Source of the DNA: Bacillota bacterium
GTDB lineage: Bacteria; Bacillota; Sulfobacillia; Fermentithermobacillales; Fermentithermobacillaceae
Direction of reading: 5' to 3'
Assembly (NCBI GenBank): GCA_040766745.1
Contig: JAXGPX010000001.1
Location: 432,065 to 496,064 of the forward strand
DNA: 64,000 bases
The position numbers were made by a program, and so were the translations under genes. The notes under the pieces were generated by a model that did not search any database, was not told where the DNA came from, and was given only the letters and a program-made list of their open reading frames with translations. Positions 48,901 through 58,100 of this stretch are shown here, one piece after another (within the stretch, counting starts at the first letter, position 1; the number at the start of each line of letters is the position of its first letter).

Positions 48901-49380
48901 TGATATTTCAACTACCTGGCCCATTACAGTTATGCTGTCCCTTTCGCCTCCTGTTACGTCGCTTATAGGCACAGGGTCAGTGCGTATTGCCCTGCCAAGG
49001 AACACTCCATCTTCTGACGGACTAGTATTCCTTGATTTACTGTCATGGGATTTTGGGGCCTCTTCTGCGAAGCACTTTTGATAATCCTCACACAGCTCCC
49101 AGCATACCGTTTCAAGCTCAGGATACCTCTTCCTTAATTCCTGTCCTATACGAGTTAGGCACAGTTCAAATTCCTCTTTTGATAGATCAGACGCCACCTT
49201 TGCCCATTTCTTCTCATCAAGCACATCGAGAGATACAGACCAGGCAGAATCACCTGTATTGACCGCAATATATACTACTTCGAGATACTTCAGTACTTCA
49301 CTTGGCTGTAATTCCAAGGATTGAGCAATGTTAAGCAAACTAAGGTGCTCACGTGAAGGTGTTACTACAAAACGGCTCAA
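45991..49380 (-). CDS. polC: DNA polymerase III PolC-type alpha subunit, lacking the 3'-5' exonuclease insertion
   Basis: OB domain and PHP motifs (ELHLHTKMS, VTDHG, GLEGY, FHIILL, GDVHY). Zn-finger CPKCHW...CPECG, catalytic KVPDIDLNFSG, GQHPGG, GTRFVR, SHGTDVW and KAHAAAY are present, with a C-terminal HhH and LALF tail. Probable TTG start at 49380, where GGAGGGAG lies 4 nt upstream and the codon overlaps the ispG TGA. The ORF-track ATG is at 49398. No ETTG/DEDD motifs anywhere. About 1130 aa, against my recollection of about 1430 for canonical PolC. Confidence 0.9.
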   Translation of the reverse strand: MSRFVVTPSREHLSLLNIAQSLELQPSEVLKYLEVVYIAVNTGDSAWSVSLDVLDEKKWAKVASDLSKEEFELCLTRIGQELRKRYPELETVCWELCEDYQKCFAEEAPKSHDSKSRNTSPSEDGVFLGRAIRTDPVPISDVTGGERDSITVMGQVVEISWRQAQSGDIYGSFVLADNSDSINVRIFPKEGKIDEIKEGTWVLARGRARLDRLDSEPVLMCNDLCATVPELRQDPSPEKRVELHLHTKMSALDSVLELDKAVATAARWGHQAMAVTDHGIIQAFPEAFHLGKKYGIKILFGLEGYLVEDDEKGQAFHIILLAKNKQGLRNLYELVTISHLKHFYRTPRIPRQILSDRREGLIIGSACEAGELYRAVLSGKADQELEKIAAFYDYLEIQPLTNNSFLIETGAVSGEEGLIKINRRIYDLSKKLGKPCVATGDVHYVDPEDEIYRTLLLSGKGMGENGERPVPLYLRTTGEFLSEVESYLGKEAAREVVITNPQAIANSIENVTPIPEGFFYPILENSDEILKELTEAGAKQVFGKNLPDIVRKRIDKELSAIIGNGFSSLYLIAIKMVKKSMRDGYLVGSRGSVGSSLVAMFTGITEVNPLPPHYVCPKCHWNTFIQDGSCGSGFDLPSMKCPECGEELVRDGQDIPFETFMGFTGEKVPDIDLNFSGEEQGEMFKFASELLGDKNVFRAGTIGTIARKTAFGFVKHYAESKGKVFRRAEEVRLSKGIEGVKRTTGQHPGGVMVIPKGMDVLDFTPLQYPADDRNSGSITTHFDYNSISGHLVKVDILGHDDPTVLKILHELTGVDPTKIPMNDPDTLKLFSGDDQDKVIGIPEFGTRFVRNMLSETKPKCFADLVRISGLSHGTDVWANNARDLIRDKVATLDQVIASREDIFLHLMKLGVEPASAFGIAEKVRKGKPLSGDDIDKMKAVSVPDWYIESCKKISYLFPKAHAAAYVTNSFRIAYFKVHHPLAYYSTYFSFAGASLTTDFMYLDPRDWQEYIQKVNGNPNSTAREQDVAGALELALEMVERGFSFGKHDLYVSQPTRYIPEGSELIPPFTSIPGLGNQAAMAIVRARDDGQFDSVEDFRRRTGLGKKVCEAMREHGLFDGLSETAQLALF

Positions 49381-50471
49381 TTTACTCCCTCCGGACATTC
49401 CACGTATCTTTTTGCAAGTTCTAGAAGGGCATCTACGATCTCATCAGTGGCTACCCTTCTAATTACTTTGCCCCGTGAGAACAAAATGCCTCCTCCCCGC
49501 CCGCAGGCAACTCCGATATCTGCTTCCCTTGCTTCACCAGGGCCATTAACCGGGCAGCCCATGACAGCCACTTTGATTGGAGCGTCTAGCCCTCGTAAGC
49601 TTTTGGAGACTTGCTCAGCAATTGGGATCAAGTCTACCTGGGTTCGTCCGCATGTAGGGCATGATATTATCTCTGGACCAAATGTCCTTGCTTCCATAGA
49701 TTGCAGAATATCTTTTGCAGCACTTACTTCCAGGCATGGATCGCCTGTCAGAGAGACTCTCACAGTATCTCCTATTCCAAGGGCGATCAAGGTACCGATA
49801 CCTGCAGCTGATCTTGCTATGCCTGAAGCTCCGGGGCCTGCTTCTGTGATTCCAATATGAAAGGGCCACCGGGTGTATTCAGCCATGAGTTTGTATGCTC
49901 GAACAGTATCTTTCACCCGCGACGATTTCAGCGACAGCACTATGCCTTGGATTCCGCTGTCTTCAAGATACGCCAGGTGTCTTCTGGCGCTTTCTACCAT
50001 GGCTTCAGGGCTCGGAGCACCGTAACGGGCGAGAATGTCTTTTTCAAGAGAGCCTGAGTTTACTCCCAGCCTTATTGAGGCCCCTAAGGACCTGGCTTTC
50101 CTGGCTACAGCCAGCAAAGGTTCCCTGCCGCCGATATTGCCTGGGTTAACTCTGACTTTGTGTGCGCCTGCTTCAAGAGACGCCAGCGCTAGTTTATAGT
50201 CGAAATGAATGTCTGCCACTATTGGGCAAGATACTCTTTTCGTAATTTCTGCAATAGCCTTGGCTGCATCATCATCAACTACGGCTACGCGAACGATTTC
50301 GGCGCCGCAGGCCACGGCTTTTCGTATCTGAGCTACAGTGGTATCAACATCTCTGGTATCGCACTTGGTCATTGTTTGAACTGAAATCGGGCCATTTCCA
50401 CCTATGGTAATATCTCCACACTTAACAGGCGCAGTTTCCCTCCGGTCAAACAAGTAAATAGAATTAGTCAT
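49377..50471 (-). CDS. ispG: 4-hydroxy-3-methylbut-2-en-1-yl diphosphate synthase
   Basis: TIM-barrel N-domain (VQTMT, RVAV) and C-terminal 4Fe-4S cysteines (ISCPTCGRT...GCPVNGPGE). The ATG at 50471 has AGGTGA 4 nt upstream. Confidence 0.93.
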   Translation of the reverse strand: MTNSIYLFDRRETAPVKCGDITIGGNGPISVQTMTKCDTRDVDTTVAQIRKAVACGAEIVRVAVVDDDAAKAIAEITKRVSCPIVADIHFDYKLALASLEAGAHKVRVNPGNIGGREPLLAVARKARSLGASIRLGVNSGSLEKDILARYGAPSPEAMVESARRHLAYLEDSGIQGIVLSLKSSRVKDTVRAYKLMAEYTRWPFHIGITEAGPGASGIARSAAGIGTLIALGIGDTVRVSLTGDPCLEVSAAKDILQSMEARTFGPEIISCPTCGRTQVDLIPIAEQVSKSLRGLDAPIKVAVMGCPVNGPGEAREADIGVACGRGGGILFSRGKVIRRVATDEIVDALLELAKRYVECPEGVN

Positions 50472-50541
50472 ATTATCACCTGTCAGCAAATATATAGGCG
50501 GCAAGTTGAGCACCGGTTAAGAGCCTCTCCCCCGGTAATGC

Positions 50542-51573
50542 CTATCCTATCAGACGTATAATGTCTTTATATGTGATTACAAGAAATAAGACCATCAACA
50601 AGAAGAACCCGACGAAGTGGACAAAACTTTCCTTGTCAGGGTCTATCGGTTTGCCTCTCAGGGCTTCAATTCCTGCAAATAAGAGCCTGCTGCCGTCAAG
50701 GGCTGGAATTGGCAGAAGATTTATAAGGCCAAGGTTTGCTGAAAGGGCGCCGACCATATAAAGGAGCTGGCCAAACCCGTGCCTTGCGGCCTCTCCCAGG
50801 AGCTGACTTATTCCTACTGGGCCAGTTACCTCTGGGGCGATTTTTCCCACAATCATGCCGATAATACCGGTTATCCATGCTGAGGATACGTAGAAAGTCT
50901 CGAGAAATCCTTCTTTTATGCCATGCAAGATACCTAAGCGTGTATATACTACGCCAGACCTAACCCCTATGACACCTGTTCCGGATACGTCTATAGGAAT
51001 CATTGTCACAGTAATCACTTCGTTTCCTCTTTGCACTGTGACTTTGGTGGGAATCCCAGCCCTGGTTTGAACAACCTGTACCATGTCCTGCCATTCGTTT
51101 ACAGGAATATCCTCGACCTGTACTACCCTGTCCCCTGCAAGTATTCCTGTGTCGTAAGCAGGATACCCTGGTACTACCTCTGCAATCTGTGTTGTTGGGC
51201 GGCCAAAACCGACAAAAGAAAATACCAGAAAGAAGGCTATGGTGGCCACCAAAAGGTTCATCAGAGGCCCGGCAAACAGAATTAAGGCTCTTTTGCCAGG
51301 AGATAGCGAGTACAGCAGCCGTTCTTTGGGAATATGCGTGTCCTCTTCTTTTTCACTGCCTTCTTCACCTGCGAAACGCACAAATCCTCCCAAAGGGATA
51401 ATGCGCCATGAAAACTTGGTCTCATCTGATTGCTTGGAAAATATCTTAGGGCCAAAACCAATGCTAAATTCGTGAATGTATACTCCCAGCAGTTTTCCTG
51501 CCACGAAATGCCCTAATTCGTGGAAAATGACCAAAACCCCTAACCATATAAGAGCTAATACTGTCTCGCGCAA
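50542..51573 (-). CDS. rseP: RIP site-2 zinc metalloprotease RseP/RasP
   Basis: HELGHF zinc motif, a single PDZ domain and NLLPIPALDG. Confidence 0.88.
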   Translation of the reverse strand: MRETVLALIWLGVLVIFHELGHFVAGKLLGVYIHEFSIGFGPKIFSKQSDETKFSWRIIPLGGFVRFAGEEGSEKEEDTHIPKERLLYSLSPGKRALILFAGPLMNLLVATIAFFLVFSFVGFGRPTTQIAEVVPGYPAYDTGILAGDRVVQVEDIPVNEWQDMVQVVQTRAGIPTKVTVQRGNEVITVTMIPIDVSGTGVIGVRSGVVYTRLGILHGIKEGFLETFYVSSAWITGIIGMIVGKIAPEVTGPVGISQLLGEAARHGFGQLLYMVGALSANLGLINLLPIPALDGSRLLFAGIEALRGKPIDPDKESFVHFVGFFLLMVLFLVITYKDIIRLIG

Positions 51574-51577
51574 AATG

Positions 51578-52786
51578 TCACCTTCCCATAATCATATGTA
51601 TGGTTTTCCTGGTCTCAGACTCTGCCCATAAGGCTTCTTGTTCAAGAATTTCAACAGAATCAGGGCTCTTTGGTTGATACCTATCCAAAACCGTTTTCAA
51701 TATTATATATATTTTCGTGAAAGGAACTCTCCCGGCCAGGAATTCTCGTACAACAATTTCATCGGCCATAGAAAGCACACATGGAGCCGTCCCGCCTATT
51801 CTTCCGGCTTCATACCCAAGTCCAAGGCATGGAAACCGCTCAAAGTCAGGTTCGTGAAAAGTGAGCGTCCCAAGGGCCGGCCCCAGGGGCAGCGTAACAC
51901 CGCCCTGCCTTTCAGGATAGTTCAGGGCGTACGCTATGGGAAGCCGCATGTCGGGCCTTCCCAGCTGGGCCATTGTACTTCCGTCTTTGAACGTAACCAG
52001 TGAATGCACAATACTTTCTCTGTGAATCGTTACCTTGATTTTATCGTACCCTATGCCAAACAGATAATGAGCCTCCATAACCTCCAAGGTCTTGTTGAAA
52101 AGAGTTGCAGAATCAACTGTGACTTTAGGGCCCATTTTCCATGTAGGATGCTTAAGGGCGTCATCAGGGCCTATTCTCTCCAATTCTGCCAGGCCTAGAT
52201 CCCTAAAAGCACCGCCTGAGGCTGTCAGAATAATGTGATCAATGTCAAGCCGGTTCTCTCCCCTTAGGCACTGGAAAATGGCAGAATGCTCAGAATCCAC
52301 CGGTATTATGGAATTGGGGCCTTGCTCTAGAAACGGCCTAATGAGCTCGCCTGCGGAAACCAGTGATTCTTTACCGGTTAAAGCCACTTGCTTGCCGCCA
52401 TGCAACGAAGCTAGAAGGGGCCTAATACCTTCGAAGCCTGGAATTGCATGAAGCACTGTATCAGCCTCAGGGAGTGAGGCTATCTGGCATAAACCTTCTT
52501 GTCCAAAGAATACTTCCAAGTTTTCAAGGCCCATGGCGTTCTTATTTCGATTAGCTTCACGGGCAGCGCTCTCATTGGACAGGGCAACTTTCCTTATACC
52601 CAGTATCTTTGCTTGTCTTAGCACCGTTCGCCAATTGGTGCCGGCCGCCAACCCAACAGCTTTGAGATTTGGATTACCCATGATAACATCTATTGCCTGT
52701 GAGCCCACGGATCCTGTTGATCCCAGAACAGAGACGGTTTTCAGCGTCCTGCACCACCTTCGTGAGGAATGACTTCTGCAGCCCAT
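51578..52786 (-). CDS. dxr: 1-deoxy-D-xylulose 5-phosphate reductoisomerase
   Basis: The NADPH motif LGSTGSVG comes early in the protein and the Dxr core follows. The start is ambiguous: ATG 52786 without an SD, or CTG 52744 with GAAGGTGG upstream. The ORF-track start at 53014 is an artefact of an open frame across the upstream gene. Confidence 0.9.
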   Translation of the reverse strand: MGCRSHSSRRWCRTLKTVSVLGSTGSVGSQAIDVIMGNPNLKAVGLAAGTNWRTVLRQAKILGIRKVALSNESAAREANRNKNAMGLENLEVFFGQEGLCQIASLPEADTVLHAIPGFEGIRPLLASLHGGKQVALTGKESLVSAGELIRPFLEQGPNSIIPVDSEHSAIFQCLRGENRLDIDHIILTASGGAFRDLGLAELERIGPDDALKHPTWKMGPKVTVDSATLFNKTLEVMEAHYLFGIGYDKIKVTIHRESIVHSLVTFKDGSTMAQLGRPDMRLPIAYALNYPERQGGVTLPLGPALGTLTFHEPDFERFPCLGLGYEAGRIGGTAPCVLSMADEIVVREFLAGRVPFTKIYIILKTVLDRYQPKSPDSVEILEQEALWAESETRKTIHMIMGR

Positions 52787-53778
52787 AGGCCCAAGATCAG
52801 TATGGCTGTAAGGGGCCCGTAGATTATGCCGATTGCCCCAAATAGTCGGAAGCCCAGGTATATTGAAAACAGGGTAACCAGCGGATGCAGCCCCATTTCT
52901 CTGCCTACAAGCTGAGTCTGGATTACTTGCCTGACAAACGATACGGCTGCATATAGAATCAGGAGCCCTATTCCGGTAGATAATTGGCCCCAGATTACAT
53001 GGTACAGTATCCATGGAAAATATATCAGGCCCGGGCCTATTACCGGAAGTATATCCAGTACTGCAAGCAAAATCCCCAGGCCTACTGCGTAGCGGGTATT
53101 CAGCAAGCTAAGGCCTACTATGTTGACCGTCATGGTCAAAAGCACCAATAGAACCTGAGATCTTACTACCGCAGCAATGCCCGACAAGATAGTGCTCTCT
53201 ACGTTTCTGAAACTCATAAAAGTCTTCTCTGGAAGAAGACGCCTGAATGCTTCTGATATGTTATTTCTGTCTTTGATTAGAAAATACGTGCTAATGATTG
53301 TGAAAACCATTGATACTGAAAATGCGGGAAGCCCTTTTACTACACCACCGGCACCTGTGACTACTGCAGACAGCAGGCTGTACAGGCTGTTCCATTGATC
53401 CTGGGCAAGCCTGGCCAGAGGTTCAGGGAGTTTCTGCGAGAACTCGCCTGCAAATCTGAGGACATCTCCAAGTATCTTGTTGAACTCTCCGTAATACTGT
53501 GGGAAGTATCCGTAGAGATCGGCGATTTCCTGCGTAAGCCTGGTTACGCCCCAGGAAAGAATAAGTCCAAGCCCAACCGCCAATAGCATGATAGATGTGA
53601 AAGCCGCCCATCCCCTGCCCATCCTTGTACGTTTAGTCAAGAATGATACCAACGGGTCAAGAAGGAATGCCAGAAAAGCACCTAAGACAAAAGGAAGGAC
53701 ATAAGGCATTGCATATTTCAGGAACAGGAATATGCCGATTAAGAGAAATACTATATACCACACACTTTTCCAGGTCAC
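52741..53778 (-). CDS. AI-2E/UPF0118 family membrane transporter (YtvI-like sporulation integral membrane protein)
   Basis: About 8 TM helices with PerM/YtvI-like topology. GGAGGG is followed by TTG (53781) and GTG (53778) start candidates, just after the cdsA stop. Confidence 0.72.
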   Translation of the reverse strand: MTWKSVWYIVFLLIGIFLFLKYAMPYVLPFVLGAFLAFLLDPLVSFLTKRTRMGRGWAAFTSIMLLAVGLGLILSWGVTRLTQEIADLYGYFPQYYGEFNKILGDVLRFAGEFSQKLPEPLARLAQDQWNSLYSLLSAVVTGAGGVVKGLPAFSVSMVFTIISTYFLIKDRNNISEAFRRLLPEKTFMSFRNVESTILSGIAAVVRSQVLLVLLTMTVNIVGLSLLNTRYAVGLGILLAVLDILPVIGPGLIYFPWILYHVIWGQLSTGIGLLILYAAVSFVRQVIQTQLVGREMGLHPLVTLFSIYLGFRLFGAIGIIYGPLTAILILGLWAAEVIPHEGGAGR

Positions 53779-53794
53779 CAAGCACCCTCCTGTT

Positions 53795-54577
53795 CTAGAA
53801 ATCGAAAAGCAATTTAGATAGCCCTTGGAGCAAAACACCTGCTACGCCAGCAAACAGAAGACTGTCGAACCTATCCAGGAATCCACCATGGCCTGGGATG
53901 GCTCTTCCTGAGTCTTTTACTTTGCAGTATCGTTTGAAGGCAGATTCTACAAGATCCCCAATGCCAGCCATTACTCCAATAAACATCCCTGAGAAAATAC
54001 TGAAATACAGAGGTAACCCCATGTACCGGCCCCACAGCGCACTAATAATCATGCCGGAACCCATGCCGAATGCAGCTCCTTCCCAGGACTTGCCAGGGCT
54101 GATCTTAGGAGCGATTTTATGCCTCCCAAACGCCCTCCCTCCAAAGTATGCTCCTACATCGGTGGCCCATGTAGTGAACAAGACCAGAAAAGCCCATTCC
54201 CTGCCGCCAGGGCCGGACCTGAGAAAACCTAGAACGCCAAAAAGCCCGCCTATGTAAACAGCACCTGCAACACTGAATGCAGCCGGTGGCATTCCTCTTT
54301 TCAATGACACTGATAACAATACAAGACACCCAATGATGATTGATGAAAGGAAAAGGTCTACCCGGTTAAAAGACCCACTTAGGGCGATTACAGTGGACAC
54401 AGGCACAAATAGAAACCCCAGATCAAACCCTGTACCTTTGAGCATTCTCCGGAATTCTTCTGCGGAACAGCCGGCCAGCACAGTTGTCAGAGCCAAAAAA
54501 CCAATACCGCCTGTGTAAAAGGCTAAAGCGGCCAGGGGAGCCAGCACCAAGGCAGAAAGGACCCTTTCCTTTAGCAC
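53795..54577 (-). CDS. cdsA: Phosphatidate cytidylyltransferase
   Basis: Polytopic protein with the C-terminal CTP-transferase signature SAFKRYCKVKDSGRAIPGHGGFLDRFDS. Confidence 0.9.
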   Translation of the reverse strand: MLKERVLSALVLAPLAALAFYTGGIGFLALTTVLAGCSAEEFRRMLKGTGFDLGFLFVPVSTVIALSGSFNRVDLFLSSIIIGCLVLLSVSLKRGMPPAAFSVAGAVYIGGLFGVLGFLRSGPGGREWAFLVLFTTWATDVGAYFGGRAFGRHKIAPKISPGKSWEGAAFGMGSGMIISALWGRYMGLPLYFSIFSGMFIGVMAGIGDLVESAFKRYCKVKDSGRAIPGHGGFLDRFDSLLFAGVAGVLLQGLSKLLFDF

Positions 54578-55347
54578 GAGCCATCACCTTCTTGATTACT
54601 CACATCCCCGAACCTGCGTTCGCGTGAGGAATACTCAACAACGGCTTTGTAAAGGTCAATAGGCCCAAAATCCGGCCACAATACATCGGTGAACACCAAT
54701 TCTGAATACGCCCCTTGCCATAAAAGGAAGTTGGACAGCCGTTTTTCGCCCGAAGTCCGAATAATGAGATCAGGGTCAGGTACCCCCTTGGTATACAGCA
54801 AATCTGCGAAATCACCCTCTGACAATTCTTTGGGAATGTCATGCTTGTCCCTTTTAACAAGCTGCTCTGCCAGTTTTAGCGACGCATCAATTATCTCCTG
54901 CCGTCCACCGTAGTTTATGGCCAAATAGAGTTTCAAGCGGGTTCCGGCTTTCGTCTCCCTGATGACTTCTGACAAAGATTGGACCACAGGCATAGGCATA
55001 CTTCGCCACCTGCCTACCGGAATCACCTGAATTCCATTGTCCAACAGCTCTCTCTTATGTTTTCGAGTGTAGTCTATTACAAGGTTGAACAGAAATTGAA
55101 TTTCATCATAGGGCCGTTTCCAGTTTTCTGTAGAAAACACAAACAACGTGCAGTGTTCAATGCCAAGTTTAACAAGGGCAGGAATACAGCGCGTAATGCT
55201 TTCAACTCCTGCCCTGTGGCCTTCTTGCCGTTTTAGGCCCTGCCTCTGGGCCCAGCGGCCATTTCCGTCCATGATGATCCCTATATGGTTGGGGATCTTC
55301 CCTGCACTTGCCCTGGAGAGCCAAAATTCTTCATCCAGAGATTTCAC
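54571..55347 (-). CDS. uppS: Undecaprenyl diphosphate synthase
   Basis: HIGIIMDGNGRWA, FSTENWKRP and RTSGEKRLSNFLLWQ. Confidence 0.94.
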   Translation of the reverse strand: MKSLDEEFWLSRASAGKIPNHIGIIMDGNGRWAQRQGLKRQEGHRAGVESITRCIPALVKLGIEHCTLFVFSTENWKRPYDEIQFLFNLVIDYTRKHKRELLDNGIQVIPVGRWRSMPMPVVQSLSEVIRETKAGTRLKLYLAINYGGRQEIIDASLKLAEQLVKRDKHDIPKELSEGDFADLLYTKGVPDPDLIIRTSGEKRLSNFLLWQGAYSELVFTDVLWPDFGPIDLYKAVVEYSSRERRFGDVSNQEGDGSC

Positions 55348-55904
55348 ACTTCCATTACCTCGGCTTCTTTTGCTGATGTAACGTCATCAACAATTTTCAC
55401 GTACTTGTCGGTAAGCTTTTGTATTTTATCCTGGATACGCCTAGACTCGTCTTCTGAAATCTCTTTGTCTTTTTCAGCTTGCTTGATTTCGTCTATGGCA
55501 TCTCGTCTTATGTTTCGTACCAGGACTTTCTGGCCTTCTGAGTCTTTTTTCAAAGACTTAATCAGTTCCTGGCGCCTGTCTCCTGAAAGTGGAGGAATTG
55601 TCACCCTTATTACACTTCCATCGTTTACAGGCATTGCTCCCAGATCTGATTTCTGAATTGCTTTCTCTATGTTTCCAAGGAGTTTCTTGTCCCAGGGCTG
55701 AACCACAAGGGTCCTGGGAGGAGCGACTCCAATCGAGCCTACCTGGTTTATTGGTGTGGGAATCCCATAATAGTCGACAACTACCTTTTCCAGGAGCAAA
55801 GGTGTAGCCCGCCCGGCTCTCATAGAGGCCAGGTCCTTCTTATACGCATCGATTACTTTCTTCATCCTGTCCTCTGCCTGAGTCATCAGGGTTTTTTCGT
55901 CCAT
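55344..55904 (-). CDS. frr: Ribosome recycling factor
   Basis: Typical RRF pattern (RAGRATPLLLEKVVVDYYG, PPLSGDRRQELIK). The ATG at 55904 has GGGGAGGGA 5 nt upstream. Confidence 0.94.
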   Translation of the reverse strand: MDEKTLMTQAEDRMKKVIDAYKKDLASMRAGRATPLLLEKVVVDYYGIPTPINQVGSIGVAPPRTLVVQPWDKKLLGNIEKAIQKSDLGAMPVNDGSVIRVTIPPLSGDRRQELIKSLKKDSEGQKVLVRNIRRDAIDEIKQAEKDKEISEDESRRIQDKIQKLTDKYVKIVDDVTSAKEAEVMEV

Positions 55905-55905
55905 G

Positions 55906-56658
55906 TCATTCCCTCCCCACAATTGTTCCTACTTTTACTCCCATCACTGCCTTCTCAATGTTACCATATACATCCATGTCAAAAACAATAAGAGGTATAC
56001 GGTTGTCCATACAAAGAGTAGTGGCAGTTGCATCCATTACTCGCAGGCGGCGGTTAATGACTTCAAGATAATCAAGTTGGTCGAACTTTATGGCGTCAGG
56101 ATTCAGGTTGGGGTCTGAATCATAGACTCCGTCTGTGCCCTGTTTTCCCATTAGTATGGCTTCTGCACCAATCTCAGCAGCCCTTAAGGCTGCTGTCGTA
56201 TCCGTAGAGAAATATGGATTGCCGGAGCCTGCACCAAATATCACGATTCTGCCCATCTTAAGGTGATGGATGGCTTTTCGCCTGATATATGGCTCTGCCA
56301 CTTCCCTCATGTCTATGGCTGTCATAAGCCTTGTCTCCAGCCCCAGTTTCTCAAGCCTTTCCTGAAGGGCCATACAGTTGAGAACTGTAGCCAACATCCC
56401 CATATAGTCTGAGGTAGCTCGATCCATACCTTCTTTTTCGCCTTTGGCGCCTCGCCAGAAGTTGCCGCCTCCGACAACCACAGATATTTGGACTCCCTTT
56501 TCAGATACATCCTTTATTTGACGGGCCATTGAGTCAACAACGTCAAGATCGAGCCCAAAACCTGTGGGCCCTGCGAAAGCCTCTCCTGACAGTTTGAGGA
56601 TGACCCTATGGTATTTCAGGTGTCTTCCATCGTTACGGCAGCTGTCTGGTTGTTCCAC
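55906..56658 (-). CDS. pyrH: UMP kinase
   Basis: [23 protein letters not shown] and [15 protein letters not shown]. Confidence 0.95.
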   Translation of the reverse strand: MEQPDSCRNDGRHLKYHRVILKLSGEAFAGPTGFGLDLDVVDSMARQIKDVSEKGVQISVVVGGGNFWRGAKGEKEGMDRATSDYMGMLATVLNCMALQERLEKLGLETRLMTAIDMREVAEPYIRRKAIHHLKMGRIVIFGAGSGNPYFSTDTTAALRAAEIGAEAILMGKQGTDGVYDSDPNLNPDAIKFDQLDYLEVINRRLRVMDATATTLCMDNRIPLIVFDMDVYGNIEKAVMGVKVGTIVGRE

Positions 56659-56664
56659 CGAATC

Positions 56665-57264
56665 TCACTGTCCTCCCAGTTCGAAGCGGGCAAATCGTCC
56701 CACAACGATGTTTTCGCCTAACAGTGCAATGGCTTCATTAATGATATCCCGTATCTTCTTGGAATCGTCTCTTATGAAAGGCTGCTCTAGCAAGCAAATC
56801 CCTTCATAGAATTTGGCGATTCTGCCTTCGATGATCTTGTTCATAACGGCTTCAGGTTTGCCTTCGGCCTTAGCCTTCTCACGTTCAATGGCGATTTCAT
56901 GATTCACAAGTTCCTCGGGAACATTGTCTTTGGAGACATATTGAGGATTAGCCATGGCAATATGCATGGAGATTTGCCTTGCAAGCTCTTGGAATTGATC
57001 AGTGCGTGCGACAAAGTCTGTCTCGCAGTTGAGCTCCAGAAGTACGCCAACTCTGTGGTTATGGTGAATGTAAGACACAATTCTACCCTGTTCTGCGGCA
57101 CGGCTGGCTTTTTTGGCTGCCTGGGCAAGGCCCTTTTTCCTCAGCAGATCAATGGCCTTATCCATATCGCCACCTGTTTCTTCAAGGGCTCTCTTACAGT
57201 CCATCATACCTGCGCCGGTTCTTGCGCGCAGCTCTTTAATCATATCAACTGTTACCTCAGCCAC
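56665..57264 (-). CDS. tsf: Elongation factor Ts (short form)
   Basis: UBA-like N-terminus VTVDMIKELRARTGAGMMDCKRAL. GTG 57264 is preferred because AGAGGAG lies 8 nt upstream. Confidence 0.93.
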   Translation of the reverse strand: MAEVTVDMIKELRARTGAGMMDCKRALEETGGDMDKAIDLLRKKGLAQAAKKASRAAEQGRIVSYIHHNHRVGVLLELNCETDFVARTDQFQELARQISMHIAMANPQYVSKDNVPEELVNHEIAIEREKAKAEGKPEAVMNKIIEGRIAKFYEGICLLEQPFIRDDSKKIRDIINEAIALLGENIVVGRFARFELGGQ

Positions 57265-57269
57265 ATTTA

Positions 57270-57971
57270 TCACTCCTCTTGCACCTGGACTCCTTGTTTT
57301 CCTTCCAATATTGCGTCAGACATCTTGGAGCATATGAGCTTGACGGAACGAATTGCATCGTCGTTCCCGGGGATAACATAGTCTACTTCCTCTGGGTCGC
57401 AGTTTGTATCGACAATGGCTACTACCGGAATACCAATGCGTCGCGCCTCAAGGGTAGCAATTCGTTCTTTTCTTGGGTCAACTACGAAAAGCGCATCAGG
57501 CAGCTTCTGCATTCCCTTTATTCCGTTGAAATGCTTTTCCAGCCTTTCTTTTTCTTTTAAGAGAATCGCGTTTTCCTTCTTCGGTAGTTGATCCAGATAC
57601 CCGGTACTCTCCCATTCTTCCAACTCCAGAAGCCTTTCAATTCGCTTCCTGATAGTCACAAAGTTAGTGAGTGTACCACCTAGCCACCTTTGGTTGACGT
57701 AGAACTCCCCACATCTCTTAGCTTCGTTTTCTACAGCTTCCTGAGCTTGCTTTTTGGTTCCGACAAAAAGGATACGGCCGTTATCCATGGCTATGCTTCT
57801 CAGGAAATCATAGGCTTCTTCTATCATGCGGACAGTTTTTTGAAGATCGATGATGTAGATACCGTTGCGTTCGATAAAGATGTAAGGTTTCATCTTTGGG
57901 TTCCAGCGGCGTGTTTGATGGCCAAAATGCACGCCTGCTTCCAGTAGTTGTTTCATAGAAACGACTGACAA
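57270..57971 (-). CDS. rpsB: 30S ribosomal protein S2
   Basis: With the TTG start at 57971 the N-terminus is (M)[26 protein letters not shown], which mirrors B. subtilis S2. GGAGGTG lies 9 nt upstream. Confidence 0.96.
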   Translation of the reverse strand: MSVVSMKQLLEAGVHFGHQTRRWNPKMKPYIFIERNGIYIIDLQKTVRMIEEAYDFLRSIAMDNGRILFVGTKKQAQEAVENEAKRCGEFYVNQRWLGGTLTNFVTIRKRIERLLELEEWESTGYLDQLPKKENAILLKEKERLEKHFNGIKGMQKLPDALFVVDPRKERIATLEARRIGIPVVAIVDTNCDPEEVDYVIPGNDDAIRSVKLICSKMSDAILEGKQGVQVQEE

Positions 57972-57983
57972 TGTAATATACAC

Positions 57984-58088
57984 CTCCGTGGTTCAACCGC
58001 CGCCATCACCAAGGGGGCCCCTAATTGGGCAGGCACCACGGTGTTATGATGGCGTGAGTGTTTAATTTTTACCTCACGTAGTATACCA
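57984..58088 (-). promoter_or_regulatory. rpsB promoter (extended -10 TGgTATACT) and structured 5' leader
   Basis: Minus strand has TGGTATACT (58080-58088). The leader contains hairpin CGTGAG/CTCACG (58053-58078) and long-range helix CGCCATCA/TGATGGCG (58001-08/58047-54). A CCGTGG/CCACGG pairing abuts the SD. Confidence 0.35.
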
Positions 58089-58100
58089 CATTCCAGGAAA

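Noticed and set aside
52787-53014. 90-residue N-terminal extension of dxr from the ORF track.
   Set aside because: It lies entirely within the ytvI-like gene in another frame. Dxr homology begins at the LGSTGSVG motif.
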